A DNA stretch of 64,000 bases from Azolla caroliniana (lineage: Eukaryota > Plantae > Polypodiophyta). Each line of letters opens with the position of its first letter. The stretch's first letter is position 1. The notes under the pieces are model-generated. The model did not search any database, was not told the origin of the DNA, and was given only the letters and a program-made list of their open reading frames with translations. The translations under genes and the position numbers were made by a program. Shown here piece after piece: positions 13,101-25,991 of this stretch. The stretch is taken from contig JBHGNT010000020.1 in the NCBI GenBank assembly GCA_043228905.1, forward strand, positions 12,028,001 to 12,092,000. Reading direction: 5' to 3'.

Positions 13101-14357
13101 CTGACCAATATCAATATTCTATTATGTACCATCATTGCCTCTTGAACATCGTTTGCCTCATACAACATCAAACTGGAATGTAACACTCCCCACATTGCTT
13201 ATCCCCATGAAAATAGGCAACCGACATTGATTGTTAAAAATAACGAAAGAACTTTACTCCATACTTGTTGAGCCAAGGAACAGGACCAAAGGGCATGCTT
13301 GGCAGTCTCCTGTGCTTCATGGCAAAAGTCACATTGTCGAAGATTGGGTGTTACATTTCCTTTCAATGAGTGACCAACTGGTAAGGCCATATGCACTAAT
13401 AGCCATTTGAAGAGAATAAATTTAGCTGGCCCCTTGAATGACCAAATCCATTTCCAGTAGGCTTTCAAATGCCAAGTTGAGACCCCCCAAGTGGTCCAAT
13501 GTTTTTGAGTTGTTGGTATCCTTGCATTCTGAGAGAGCAGTAGTGCTCTTCCAAGTTTTACTGGGTATTGAAAGAAATGAACCTTTATGATCTGTTCCCC
13601 CAAGGAATGTTACCAAAACCAGCCCCCTAGATCCCATGTTAATCTTGCAACCGTGTCTTTTGCATATAACTACAACATATCACACATATAAGCAATTGAA
13701 GGATAAGGATTGGGCATCCATTGCTTTCCAAGTTTAGCAACCACTCTGGCTGGTGCACTTCGCAAGTGTTGTAGATAATTGCACACTAAGGTGTAAGGTT
13801 GTAATGTATGATTGTCTAGGACCTGAAAGTAAGAAGCACACCCGTTAGGTGAAACTCCCTTGACAGCCACCAATGTGTCATTTATGAAGCATCCAAACCA
13901 CATATGTTCCTTCCTGGGTTGAAAGGTTGTAGAAAACGAAGAATATGATGTTGATATAGTAGTAGTCATTATCTTGGCACCATGAACTGATAGTAATTGT
14001 GCAAGACTATCTTCTTGTGACATTTGTTGAAATTGATTCCACGTTCTTACAGATGCAGCAGGCCCATTATCCAATTTTCCCCATGCAAGGTGAGTTCTCG
14101 GGCCCAACACTTTTCTTGCATTATCCTGAAATAAAGAATTGGCAAGAAGAGGTTGATTAAGTAGTGCATCCCACGTAGAAGGTTTGTCCTTAAGCAATAA
14201 TGACTTAATCACATCCCATGCCCTTATGATTCTTAGCAAAAATCTATTGGATGCAAAATCTTGCCTTGGTGTTTGTACATCATTCAAGAATAACCATTTT
14301 AAAGAGGGTGACCAAACGTCGCCCGTCTTAGGACTCAACTGCATCAACTGATTTAGA

Positions 14358-15325
14358 AATATCCCTTTCCAAGATTCTGATCTTGGGAGCAATCCTCTAA
14401 TCACAAACTTAGTCAAAAGGGCTCTTGACTGCATTAAAGGGTCTATCAAACCCAAACCTCCATTGCTTTTAGGTTTGATTAACACATTCCAAGCAACTTT
14501 GGCTACTATTGGAGATCCCTGTTTTCCCCCCCAAAGAAAATTCCGTATCAAACTTTGCACTTTCGTCATTGCAGATCTAGAAAATAGCCAAATGGATGCT
14601 ATAAACCACATTGAAACCAACAATATAGAGTTGGCTACTACAACCCAACCTGCAAAGGACAACTGTTGGACATCCCAATGTATTAGTTTACGTTTTATTG
14701 ACAATAGTAATGGCGATAACATTGCTTCTAGCCGCAAATATATTCCAACCATACATCCCAAATAACGAACTGGTTCACCATGATGAAGCCATCAGAAAGA
14801 AGGACTTGGATACCATGCAGGGTGAGTTTCTTCACCTACCCAATATCCCTTTCCAAGATTCTGATCTTGGGAGCAATCCTCTAATCACAAACTTAGTCAA
14901 AAGGGCTCTTGACTGCATTAAAGGGTCTATCAAACCCAAACCTCCATTGCTTTTAGGTTTGATTAACACATTCCAAGCAACTTTGGCTACTATTGGAGAT
15001 CCCTGTTTTCCCCCCCAAAGAAAATTCCGTATCAAACTTTGCACTTTCGTCATTGCAGATCTAGAAAATAGCCAAATGGATGCTATAAACCACATTGAAA
15101 CCAACAATATAGAGTTGGCTACTACAACCCAACCTGCAAAGGACAACTGTTGGACATCCCAATGTATTAGTTTACGTTTTATTGACAATAGTAATGGCGA
15201 TAACATTGCTTCTAGCCGCAAATATATTCCAACCATACATCCCAAATAACGAACTGGTTCACCATGATGAAGCCATCAGAAAGAAGGACTTGGATACCAT
15301 GCAGGGTGAGTTTCTTCACCTACCC
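14358..15325. repeat. Apparently perfect 484-bp head-to-tail tandem duplication (14358-14841 / 14842-15325) within the L1
   Basis: Identical sequence at offset 484, duplicated translations in the ORF track, and AA microhomology at the junction. Confidence 0.93.
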
Positions 15326-15466
15326 AAAGTCCAACTGACTTGTTCCAATTAAGTGATGCACCTGTAGCATCTGAAAAAACTTGCAAAGCATCTTGTACGC
15401 GATTGAGATTACCAATCTCCCCGTCAACATAAAGGGTTGTGTCATCTGCAAATTTAGCATCCAATA

Positions 15467-18400
15467 TGATGGGATTACGGTCCCTTCGGATGGAATGGTC
15501 GGATGTCGGAGATGAATGCCGACGAGCCCGGTTTCGGTTTCGGATCCGGATGACGAAGACCCCGGCTTCGGTGCCGGATGACGAATGTACCCGGAGAGCG
15601 ATCCGGATGCAGGGACATATCCGTGAATATGTTCGCTATGGGCCCCTGAGGCTATAATTGTAAATAGCCCAAAGTCATATAAGTATAAATATGACTTAGG
15701 GCAAACAGTTTTGTTGTTGCTTCTCATTTTTCTGTTTTTCCACTTTAGAGGAGTGAAGAGAGAGAGCAGCCGTGTGAGAGATAGAGCGTGAGAGAGGAAG
15801 AGGTCGACGCCTCTGTGTAATACCGCCGCCTGTGGCGAAGAAAGCGAGCTCAAGGTCGTCGCCTTGCAGCTCGTCATTGTATACTTCTTTGTATAGTGTT
15901 GATTTGGAGTCTTGTACTCCCGTGGTTTTTCCCGTCTAGGGTTTTCCACGTTAATCCCTGTGTACTCGCTTTTTTTTTGTTTTCTCTTTGTGGTTCCTAT
16001 TTTCTGCTCCATTGATTCGCGCTTACTCGGTTGTGGCCGAGTGGTGAAGGTGAATAGAAGGGTCTATTCCTTACAAACTGGTATCAGAGCGACTGTTGCA
16101 GAAAATGGAAGGCGGCAGCAGCGGGCAGCCGGGGATGATGGTGCTGAATGCACAGAATTACGCCGACTGGAAGATCAAGATGGAGGATCTTCTGATTGTT
16201 CGGGACCTGTAAGAACCGATCGACAGGTCGGAAATACCGAAGGGGGTACTTGAGTCGAAATGGAGGCTTCTGAACCGGAAAGCCGTTGCAACCATTCGGC
16301 AATACGTCGACGTGAGTGTTCTACAACATGTGGCGAACGACACCAACGCATATGAGATGTGGCGGAAGCTGTCGGGCCTCTATGAGAGGAAGAATGCGTT
16401 GAACCGGACCTCCCTGATGAGGAAGATAGTGAATCTCAAGTACCGGGACGGCGAGAGTATGGTGGAACACGTAAGCACGTTCATGGGATTCGTGAATCAG
16501 CTTGCGGCGATCAAGTTCCCGTTGGAGGATGCAATGCAAGCCATCATCCTGATGTGTACATTGCCGGAAAGCTGGGAGAACTTGGTGGTGACTCTCAGCA
16601 CCTCCTGCACAGAAGATAACTTGTCCTTGCAAACTGTAAAGACAAGTATTTTGAACGAAGAAGCGCGTCGGAGAGATAAAGAACCGGCCTCCGACCCGAA
16701 GGCGCTGCTTACCGAATCGGATCGGGGAAGACAATGGAACCGGAGTCCGCAAAGACGGGAGAAGTCGGGGACTCGGTCGCAGTCAAGAGGAAGGCCCACA
16801 TGCTTCCACTGTGGGAAACCGGGGCACTTCCGAAAGAATTGTCGGCATTACCGAAAAGACAACGGAGCCGACGACACCGATTCGAAGAAGTCACCGGAGA
16901 GAAACGGTGCATACCGGGGAGCCACGGACCGGAGAGGTTCGGATCGGCGAGGGCAGGACCGGAAAGGAACAACGGCACTCGCGGCAAGTGAGGAAGAGAT
17001 TATGCTCATCACCGAAGAAGGTGAACTAAACATTGCCGGCGATGAGACGACCTGGGTGGTCGATTCCGGAGCATCGTTCCACCTGACCCCGGAGAGAAGA
17101 TACTTCTCATCCTACACAGCCGGCGAGCATGGCTGTGTTCGGATGGGAAACGAAGGTACGTGCCGGATTGCCGGCATAGGAGACGTGTGGTTGACAACCC
17201 CGACCGGATGCAAAATGCTGCTGAAGAATGTCCGACACGTTCCGGAGGTCCGACTGAACCTGATTTCGGCCGGGAGGCTAGATGATGAAGGCTACACGGG
17301 TAGCATCCGAAACGGTGTCATGAAGTTCAGCAAGGGGAGCTTGATAGTGGCTCGGGCCCGGAAGGTCAACACACTGTACCTGATGAATGCCTGGTTATGT
17401 CCGGAAGAGCTGAATGTGGCAGCCGACACTGCCGGTGAGCTGTGGCACAAAAGACTGTGCCACATGAGTGAGAAGGGGATGAAGAGGCTTGCAGAAGACA
17501 ACCTTATTCCAGTGAAGCACGTGCACCTGGAGAAGTGCACCGATTGCCTGGCCGGTAAGCAGAACCGAGCCTCCTTCCACTCAAGGCCACCGACGAGACG
17601 TAGTGTACCATTGGAGTTGGTACACACTGATGTGTGTCAAGTAGAAACGAAGTCACATGGCGGAGCCCAGTACTTCGTGACATTCATTGATGACCACAGC
17701 CGGAAGCTGTGGACGGCACCGATGAAGACAAAGGACCAAGTGCTGTCCGTCTTCAAAGAACTCCACGCGAGAGTGGAAAGAGAATCCGGCAAGAAGCTGA
17801 AAGCGATACGAGCGGATAACGGAGGGGAATACTGGGGGCAGTTCCAGGAATACTGTCGCTCGAAGGGAATCCGGCTCGAGTTTACTGTGCCGAAGACGCC
17901 GGAACTGAACGGGCTGGCCGAGAGGATGAACCGGACCATAATGGAGAGGGTTCGGAGTATGCTGGCGCATGCGAAATTACCCAAGGGGTTTTGGGCTGAG
18001 GCGATGTCAACGGCGACATACGTGATAAACAGATCACCCTCAGTACCTTTGGACGGAGACACGCCGCAGAGAGTGTGGACCGGTAAGGAAGTGTCCTACC
18101 GGCACCTGAAGGTGTTCGGGTGTCTCGCATACGTGCATGTGGCAAAGGACCGGAGAGGAAAGCTAGATCCAAAGACCCGGCCATGCATATTCCTCGGATA
18201 CGGCGACGACGAGTTCGGCTACCGAGTATGGGACCCGGTCGACAAGAAGATATTCAGGAGTCGAGACATCATCTTCATGGAGGACAAGACACTCGCCGAT
18301 TTGGAGTCGGAGAAGAAGATGAAGAGCTCCAAGTCGACCGGTGAGGATCAACTCTACGAGGAGCAGTCCCGACCGGCAAGGGACCGGTTAGCACTCGAGG

Positions 18401-20797
18401 ATCCGGCCGAAGACGGTGAAGAAACCGAACCGGCCGAAGAAGACGAAAATGATACCGGAACCGGCCCCGATCCCGAAATGGATTCGGATGAAGAAGAATC
18501 GGAAGAACCGGTTACCGAAGCCCCGGAACGGAGATATCCTCTAAGAGAGAGAAGGGCCCCCCGGAGATTTCCGGAACCAGAGCACGTGCTGCTAACCGAC
18601 GAGGGGGAGCCGGAGAGCTTTGAAGAAGCAAAGCATGACACCCAGAGCCGCAGGTGGTTGAGTGCCATGCAGGACGAGATGGATTCCCTGCATGAGAATC
18701 ACACATATGAACTTGTGGAGTTGCCGAAAGGAAAGCGGGCACTTCGAAACAAGTGGGTGTTCAAGCTGAAACCGGGAGATGCCGGAAACCCCCCGAGATA
18801 CAAAGCCAGGATCGTGGTGAAGGGGTTTCAACAGAAGAAGGGCGTCGACTTCGACGAGATATTTGCTCCGGTAGTGAAGATGACCTCCATCCGAACGGTG
18901 CTGAGCATAGCGGCAAGCATGGACCTCGAGGTAGAACAGATGGACGTGAAGACGGCATTCCTTCACGGTGACCTCGAAGAAGAGATCTACATGCAGCAAC
19001 CGGAAGGATTCGAGAAGAAAGGGAAGGAGCACCTGGTATGCCGGTTGAAGAAGAGCCTTTACGGACTGAAGCAGGCTCCCCGGCAATGGTACCGGAAGTT
19101 CGACTCCTTCATGACCGACGAAGGGTACCTCAAAACGCAGTCCGACCACTGCGTGTTTGTGAAGAAGTTCGAAGGAGGAGACTCTCTAATACTCCTCCTG
19201 TACGTGGACGACATGTTGATCGTCGGACGGGACCAGGTCAAGATACGGATGCTGAAGAAGGCTCTTCACCGAACCTTCTCAATGAAGGACCTGGGTCCGG
19301 CGAGGCAAATACTAGGGATGCACATCATCCGGGACCGGAAGAAGAAGCAGTTGTGGCTGTCACAAGAAAAGTACGTGACGAAGGTGCTTCACCGGTTCAA
19401 CATGTCGGTAGCGAGACCGGTCGGATCGTCCCTCCCGACAAACTGCAAGCTGTCCAGCAAGCAAAGTCCCAAGACAAAGGCTGAAAAGGAGGATATGATG
19501 AAAGTGTCGTATGCCTCAGCCGTCGGGAGCTTGATGTACGCCATGGTGTGTACGAGACCGGACATCGGATATGCAGTCGGAGTGGTGAGCCGGTACATGA
19601 GCAATCCCGGCAAAGAGCATTGGAACGCGGTCAAGTGGATACTCCGATACCTGAAGGGCACAGCGAATGTGTGCCTCCGATTCGGCTCCGGTAAACCCGA
19701 ACTCGACGGTTTCACCGATTCGGATATGTCGGCTGATGCAGATACCAGCCGGTCCACATCAGGGTATGTGATGACGTATGCAGGGGGAGCTGTTTCATGG
19801 CAGTCGAGGCTGCAGAAGACGGTTGCGTTGTCAACCACGGAGGCGGAGTACATGGCGGCTGTTGAAGCCGGCAAGGAAATAATATGGATGAAGGACTTCA
19901 TTAGAGAGCTCGGTATCCAACAGGAGGAGTACCGACTCTACTGCGACAGTCAGAGTGCAATCCACCTTGCGAAGAACGCGGCCTATCACTCCCGGACGAA
20001 GCACATCCAGCGAAGATATCACTGGATCCGGGAAAGGATAGAAGACAAGGAGTTCGTGCTGACAAAGATCCACACGGACGAGAACGGGTCGGATATGCTG
20101 ACCAAGGTGCTCACACCCGACAAGCTGGAAGCATGCCGGAAGAGGATCGGATTGGAGAGACATCCCATGCCGAAGTGAAGGGGGAGTTTGATGGGATTAC
20201 GGTCCCTTCGGATGGAATGGTCGGATGTCGGAGATGAATGCCGACGAGCCCGGTTTCGGTTTCGGATCCGGATGACGAAGACCCCGGCTTCGGTGCCGGA
20301 TGACGAATGTACCCGGAGAGCGATCCGGATGCAGGGACATATCCGTGAATATGTTCGCTATGGGCCCCTGAGGCTATAATTGTAAATAGCCCAAAGTCAT
20401 ATAAGTATAAATATGACTTAGGGCAAACAGTTTTGTTGTTGCTTCTCATTTTTCTGTTTTTCCACTTTAGAGGAGTGAAGAGAGAGAGCAGTCGTGTGAG
20501 AGATAGAGCGTGAGAGAGGAAGAGGTCGACGCCTCTGTGTAATACCGCCGCCTGTGGCGAAGAAAGCGAGCTCAAGGTCGTCGCCTTGCAGCTCGTCATT
20601 GTATACTTCTTTGTATAGTGTTGATTTGGAGTCTTGTACTCCCGTGGTTTTTCCCGTCTAGGGTTTTCCACGTTAATCCCTGTGTACTCGCTTTTTTTTT
20701 GTTTTCTCTTTGTGGTTCCTATTTTCTGCTCCATTGATTCGCGCTTACTCGGTTGTGGCCGAGTGGTGAAGGTGAATAGAAGGGTCTATTCCTTACA
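15467..20797 (+). mobile_element. Full-length young Ty1/copia LTR retrotransposon (Tnt1/Tto1/Tork-like)
   Basis: 609-bp LTRs at 15467-16075 and 20189-20797 (TG...CA, one substitution seen) with TSD CAATA (15462-15466, 20798-20802). PBS TGGTATCAGAGC lies at 16079-16090 and PPT GAAGTGAAGGGGGAG at 20172-20186. Confidence 0.97.
16105..20178 (+). CDS. Copia gag-pol polyprotein (gag, CCHC, PR, GAG-pre-integrase, INT, RT, RNase H) with one in-frame TAA at 16210-16212
   Basis: Motifs CFHCGKPGHFRKNC, WVVDSGAS, WHKRLCH, RADNGGEY, LYVDDML and TKHIQRRYHWIRE are present. The ATG at 16105 (MEGGSSGQPGMMVLNAQNYADWKIKMEDLL) is in frame with the 1288-aa ORF. Confidence 0.92.
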
Positions 20798-23014
20798 CAA
20801 TACACTAGGTTGTGTAAAAGGTAATGCTATGCCTCTCATACTTGCCGAAGACGATCTTAGGTAGGAGGATAGGGCTTCCCCAAACAAGATGAAAAGAAAT
20901 GGGGCGAGAGGGCATCCTTGCCGAACTGACCTCAAGATAGGAAATAATGGCCCATATCCTCCAGCAAACAAGATGGAACTAGAAGCATGCCTATATAAGG
21001 CAGAGACACCTTTTATCCATGCAGCAGGAAAACCTAATTTTGATAGCACTACCTCAAGAAAGTCCCAATCCACTTTATCATAAGCCTTCTCAAAGTCAAG
21101 CAATAATACTGCAAGTTGTTGTTTATTTTGTTGAGCTAAAGCAACCATTTCCCAAAACAAAAGGATGTTATAAAAAATGCTTAGAACTATCTTGCAAAAA
21201 ACTAGATTGCATATCATGAATAATAGACGACAACACCAATCTTAGTCTGAGAGCAATGATTTTTGCCACAATCTTGTACACATCATTAAGCAATGGTATT
21301 GGCCTCCACTTGGCGACTTCATCACACTGGGCATCCGACTTAGGGATCATATATATGATTCCTTTCGTCCATTCCATAGGCATGCTACCACTTGAAAATA
21401 TTAAATTAACTGCTCTAGTAAGTAGGGGACCTAGAAAATCCCAATAATGCAAATAGAAGCCAACTCCTATTCCATCTTTTCCCGGACAAACATCCTTTCC
21501 TAAGGATTTAGCTGCCGAAAAAACCTCTTGCAGTGCGAATGGTTGCAATAAATGAGATGCCATTACATCGGTAACCTTTTGTTGAATAGTTGCAAGAACA
21601 ACTTGTCGCTTGTAAAGACTATAAGCCGAAAAAGATTCCGTAGACAACAACTGATGGTAATAATCCGAGGCTATATCTCACATCTTAGATTCATCTGATG
21701 TATAGGATCCATCAAGCCGCTTCATAGAGGTAATAGAAAGAAGTTTATTTTCCGTTTAAACTGATTAAAAAATTCTTTGTTGACCCGATCCTGCCTTTGT
21801 GACCAACAAGCAATATTACGGTAGTAGAAGAACATTGAGCATTCATCCTGCTTTTCTTTTAAAACGCTTTTTACTTGCTGCAAGTCACAACGTAGCATAA
21901 ATGAAGTTGGATACCTTTCCAACAGTTGTTGTACTGCTGCAAGGGCACTACGTAGGTTGGCAATTTCTGAGTTGCAACTATAAACTGATGTTGCAATTAT
22001 TTTACTTCCATGGACCCTTTCTTGAATATCAGTGAAGCACCGCAAAGTGCAACAATAAATTTTTATACCTTTTACAAAGTTCTAGCTTTGGTCTTAGGAT
22101 TATCGTATATCATTGTACATGAAAATTGTAAGCTTTTGGGTACATAAGCTTAAGTTGTAGCATTCACATGTTTTTCTTAATACTAATGAGGAAAATCTTT
22201 GAAGAAAAAAAAAACATCCAAGGATAACATAAGACAATATTTGGTGATATGGGATACTAATGGTATTTTAATTTCTTGTCTCGTCCTTTGCTTGAGGGTA
22301 GAGTGTTACGGGCATGACCATATAATATCTCGTGGTGAGAGTTTACCGTAGTATTCTATACACGTGGATAAGTGTGAGGGTTAAACGAGAGTGTAAAGAA
22401 GGGGATGATTACTTTTAATCCTCGAGATTGAGACAACCCATTAGGCCAAGTGTGAACTTGCATGGGGGCCTTGGGTATCGCTATAAATATGAGGTCTAGT
22501 TACCCTCATTTCATCATATCTTGACTACGTCGAGACTCTGTTTCGTGGTGGGTCAACTCTTGTAGCGAGTGCGCTAGCACCAGGTACGACTCGACGCCAC
22601 AGTGGTGGTATGGGATGCCGATCGAGGCTCGAGTCCCTCTCGATCCCTTCGCTCGGGGATGGTCGGGTGGATCGACACCCTTCTTTCTCTCTCTCCTTTC
22701 TATCTATCTATCTTTTATCCTTATCATATGCTTACTTTAGATCATAACTCTAACAGTTGGTATCAGAACTTATGTTTCTAATGTTTCCTTTGTTTGTTTT
22801 GCTCTTCTTAATAGATGGTGATCGATCAATGTGTGGTCGACCTTGATCCAGATAATGATCAACAAAGGAACTTTGGTAACTCTTTCTTGTTTTTTTTTCT
22901 ATTTTTTCTTCACCCATCTAATCATGTATATGGTTAATATGTAAATTTTTTCATTGATTCAATGATGTTGTTGTGGTAATTAATTGGTTGTATAAAACGT
23001 TTACATATGTGTAT

Positions 23015-23258
23015 GAGGTCAATACCTCATTTGACATATATTTAATATGTGATTAGTGTCATATGAGTACAAGGTTAATACCTCAATTGCATATTACGTT
23101 CACATACATATGTTACGTTTGCGTATGAGGTCAATACCTCGATTTCTATGTAAATGATATGCGTTTGGTGTCGTATGCGTAAGAGGTCAATACCTCAATT
23201 GCGTATTACGATAACCCTTATTTTTGGATGTTTCGTGTGCGTAGAGGCTACATGCCTC
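23015..23258. repeat. Array of the palindromic motif GAGGT-CAAT-ACCTC at 56-bp period in the chromovirus 5' UTR
   Basis: The motif starts at 23015, 23071, 23127 and 23183, with a variant GAGGCTACATGCCTC at 23244. Confidence 0.8.
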
Positions 23259-23520
23259 GATTATGTGTTTCCGTTTCATCATATGTTGGCTATTTGATGT
23301 TACGATATTTTTAAATATATGCAATGTGGTCACGTGTATACGTATTTGATCGTATATATGTGTATATTACTTATTACATGATTTCTATATCGAATGTTGT
23401 CCTTTTTGGGGAAAGGATCTTGGTGGCCGCCCTCACATTTTTGTGAGAATGGCGTAGTCACCATCCTTTTTTCAACAATTTTTTTGTTGACATCCCCGTT
23501 GGTCACTTCGATTTCATTAT

Positions 23521-23769
23521 GTAACGAAACACTCATAGCCACAATGATGTTGAGAACGTAGGGCTTGACCCACTTCATGTGAGGTCGTTTCTATGACACA
23601 CATATCCAACATCCCTCCCTCATTACATGGATACGATGCCGCCATTACGTAACGAAACACTCATAGCCACAATGATGTTGAGAACGTAGGGCTTGACCCA
23701 CTTTGAGGTCGTTTCTATGACACACATATCCAACATCCCTCCCTCATTACATGGATACGATGCCGCCAT
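23521..23769. repeat. Tandem duplication of about 125 bp in the chromovirus 5' UTR
   Basis: GTAACGAAACACTCATAGCC...GGATACGATGCCGCCAT occurs twice, differing by a small indel. Confidence 0.9.
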
Positions 23770-25991
23770 GAGATCATTCTTACAAAAGGCATTCGTAATG
23801 ACGTAACCATGTGATGGGCCAAGTGGGCCTACTACGAAAAGAGGGTTCATTTGGATTGACCATTAGGTTGCACTTTGGCGTATGCCATCATAATTATGAG
23901 ACTTGAGGTTAGGTAACGTACCAACATAGTTTGTGGTAAATGAGGGGGAAATAAGGACTCTTGACATATATGTTTATTTTTAAAAAAACATATATGAGCA
24001 AATGCCTCACATATCTCTTATACGCATAAAACATTTACCATTCAACACGAGCAACCTATTTGGTTAGCTGAAGTGTTTAATGCATTTGTTCTTGAGGTCT
24101 CGAGTTCAAATATGACCAAGACCATACAACATTTTTGATACATGTGACTATAATACATGTTTAGACTGCACTTCGGGGTACTCGTAATAGGACTTAAAGA
24201 GCCGAAACCACATACGTGAGCACAGAAACATAGTTTATTGTTAACATTTTTTTTGTGTATAAACTATTCATGACGCGAACATACATGGTTGAGCCTCGGG
24301 GAGCCGCCATGAAAAAAATCGATATAGAGATCAGGGAAAGACATTCATTTGTCACCCCCATGGTTTTTAAAACACCTTTTTGTTACCATAGTAACCTGAT
24401 CTTGAACCTCATCTCATACGTCTAGAGGGGTATTGACATGAGATCATGATATCGATTAATGTTGGCCCATGATATGTTTACATCACGACTTGATGTTATG
24501 ACTATTTGTCTGACCTTATCCTATTTTTTTGCCAGAAATAATCATTCAATGGCTCAGAATAACAACCCGATGTCATCCGCTCAAGCGGAAGGAACTCAAG
24601 GAAATCCTCCTGGAGCAATCTCCATTGAGTTCTATTTCTTACAAATACAAAATTTCCTTAGTTCAACCCCTCATCAGATGTCCGAACTTCGGCAATCTCA
24701 AAGTGCTCTCGAGGCACGTGTCATTAGTTTACAACGTGACATTAATAGAACCGATGAGCGTCAGGGTGAACCATCATTTGTCGTAAAGCCATTTACGGGA
24801 GAAAAAAATGAAAGAACCAAAGAAGCAATCTGCACGTGGTTGGGCCGATGGGAGTGTCATTTTGAGCTCTATCCCACGCCAAATAGTACGAAGATTGTGT
24901 ATGTCAGCCGAGAAGTAGGGAGTAAGGCTGCTGCCTAGTGGCGTGGGCTCCGAACTTTGGGGAAATTGCCCGATACCTGGACAGATTTTGTCACAGTTTT
25001 TAAGGGCCAATTTCTACAACCTCCCTCTTGGACCGAGGCAGCACAAGCTTTAATGAACCTCTCTAGCAGGACGTTTTCCTTGCTAGAAGACTATGTCCAC
25101 CATGCTAGAACCCAAATCCAAAAATCGGGTCTAGAAAGGGACAACTGGTTAACAGATTGTTTTGTCAATGGCATCCCCAATTCGGACTATCACTGGATAG
25201 TGCACGATAAGGATCCAAAACAAACCCAACGCACTATCAACGCACTTCGAAGAAGGACCATAACAAACCCAACGAAGCGCTGTCGAGGTATTCCTCGCGG
25301 ATGCGTGGAATGAGGCGGAACCTCGGGGGTCCTGTACCAAAGAGCGAGAGAGGAAGGGGAAGAACCCTCTACGTGCGAGCGTAGATTCACAGGGACACGA
25401 CCCTTCGACGCAAAGACGCGAGTGGGACAGCGACACAGAAAGACACGAAAGTATGTATGTATTGACAAGACAAACAACAAGAACACGAAGACAACAAACA
25501 CGAAGTCGGTTACAACCGAACAGGCCGGCGAACAGATGCCGATACCTGCTCGTAAACGCACAGAGGGGAAAGAGTAGGTCGGAGGTGCTGCCGGAAGCAC
25601 TCGGGCATTCCTCAGAGCAGCGCGAGCCTCCCGAAACCTGCACAGAAGGAAGCTATGGCGTTTGCAACCGGAAAGAGAGAGAGAGAGAGAAGCCTTCGCA
25701 CGCAAACTGACAGCACTTCGTCCTCGACTCTCCGCGATGCCTCGCCCCTCCTCGTCTCCCTCCTTTTATAGGCAAGGAAGGAGCCGTTTCCCCTTTACTT
25801 CCTACCTACCGAATCTACCTAGGATCTCCTATGTACAACATAAGGCGCACGTGCATGAAGAGTCGGTTCCTACGCTCCGGTACACCGATTCCGCTTGTGG
25901 ACGGTTTTCTTCACGACATCCGCCCCCACCTAACCGCGCATCCACCGGCATGCGCCAAATTGTGTTGGGACGGAGAAAACCGGTCCAGCCT

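Larger units (their letters stand above)
13040..22060 (-). mobile_element. L1-type LINE ORF2 (RT and zf-RVT), 5'-truncated, interrupted by the copia element
   Basis: Motifs CPGKDGIG, WRPIPLLN, LLDFEKAYDKVDW, SVRQGCPLAPFLF, KFADDTTL, KVAWNVLIKPKSNGGLGL and CDFCHEAQETAKHALWSC occur in the expected order on the minus strand. The outer boundaries are approximate. Confidence 0.9.

Noticed and set aside
15320-16012. 207-230 aa antisense ORFs across the copia LTRs, and ORFs across the gypsy LTRs (25190-25705, 31338-32360)
   Set aside because: They are duplicated only because the LTRs are duplicated, run through microsatellites and element boundaries, and have no domains.
16321-20163. Many antisense and alternative-frame ORFs over the copia polyprotein (likewise over 25992-31604)
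   Set aside because: These are expected shadow ORFs of GC-rich coding sequence with no recognisable motifs.
23015-23258. CRISPR-like array (palindromic repeats with spacers)
   Set aside because: The context is a eukaryotic retrotransposon UTR, the repeat is only 14 bp, alternate spacers are related, and there are no cas genes.
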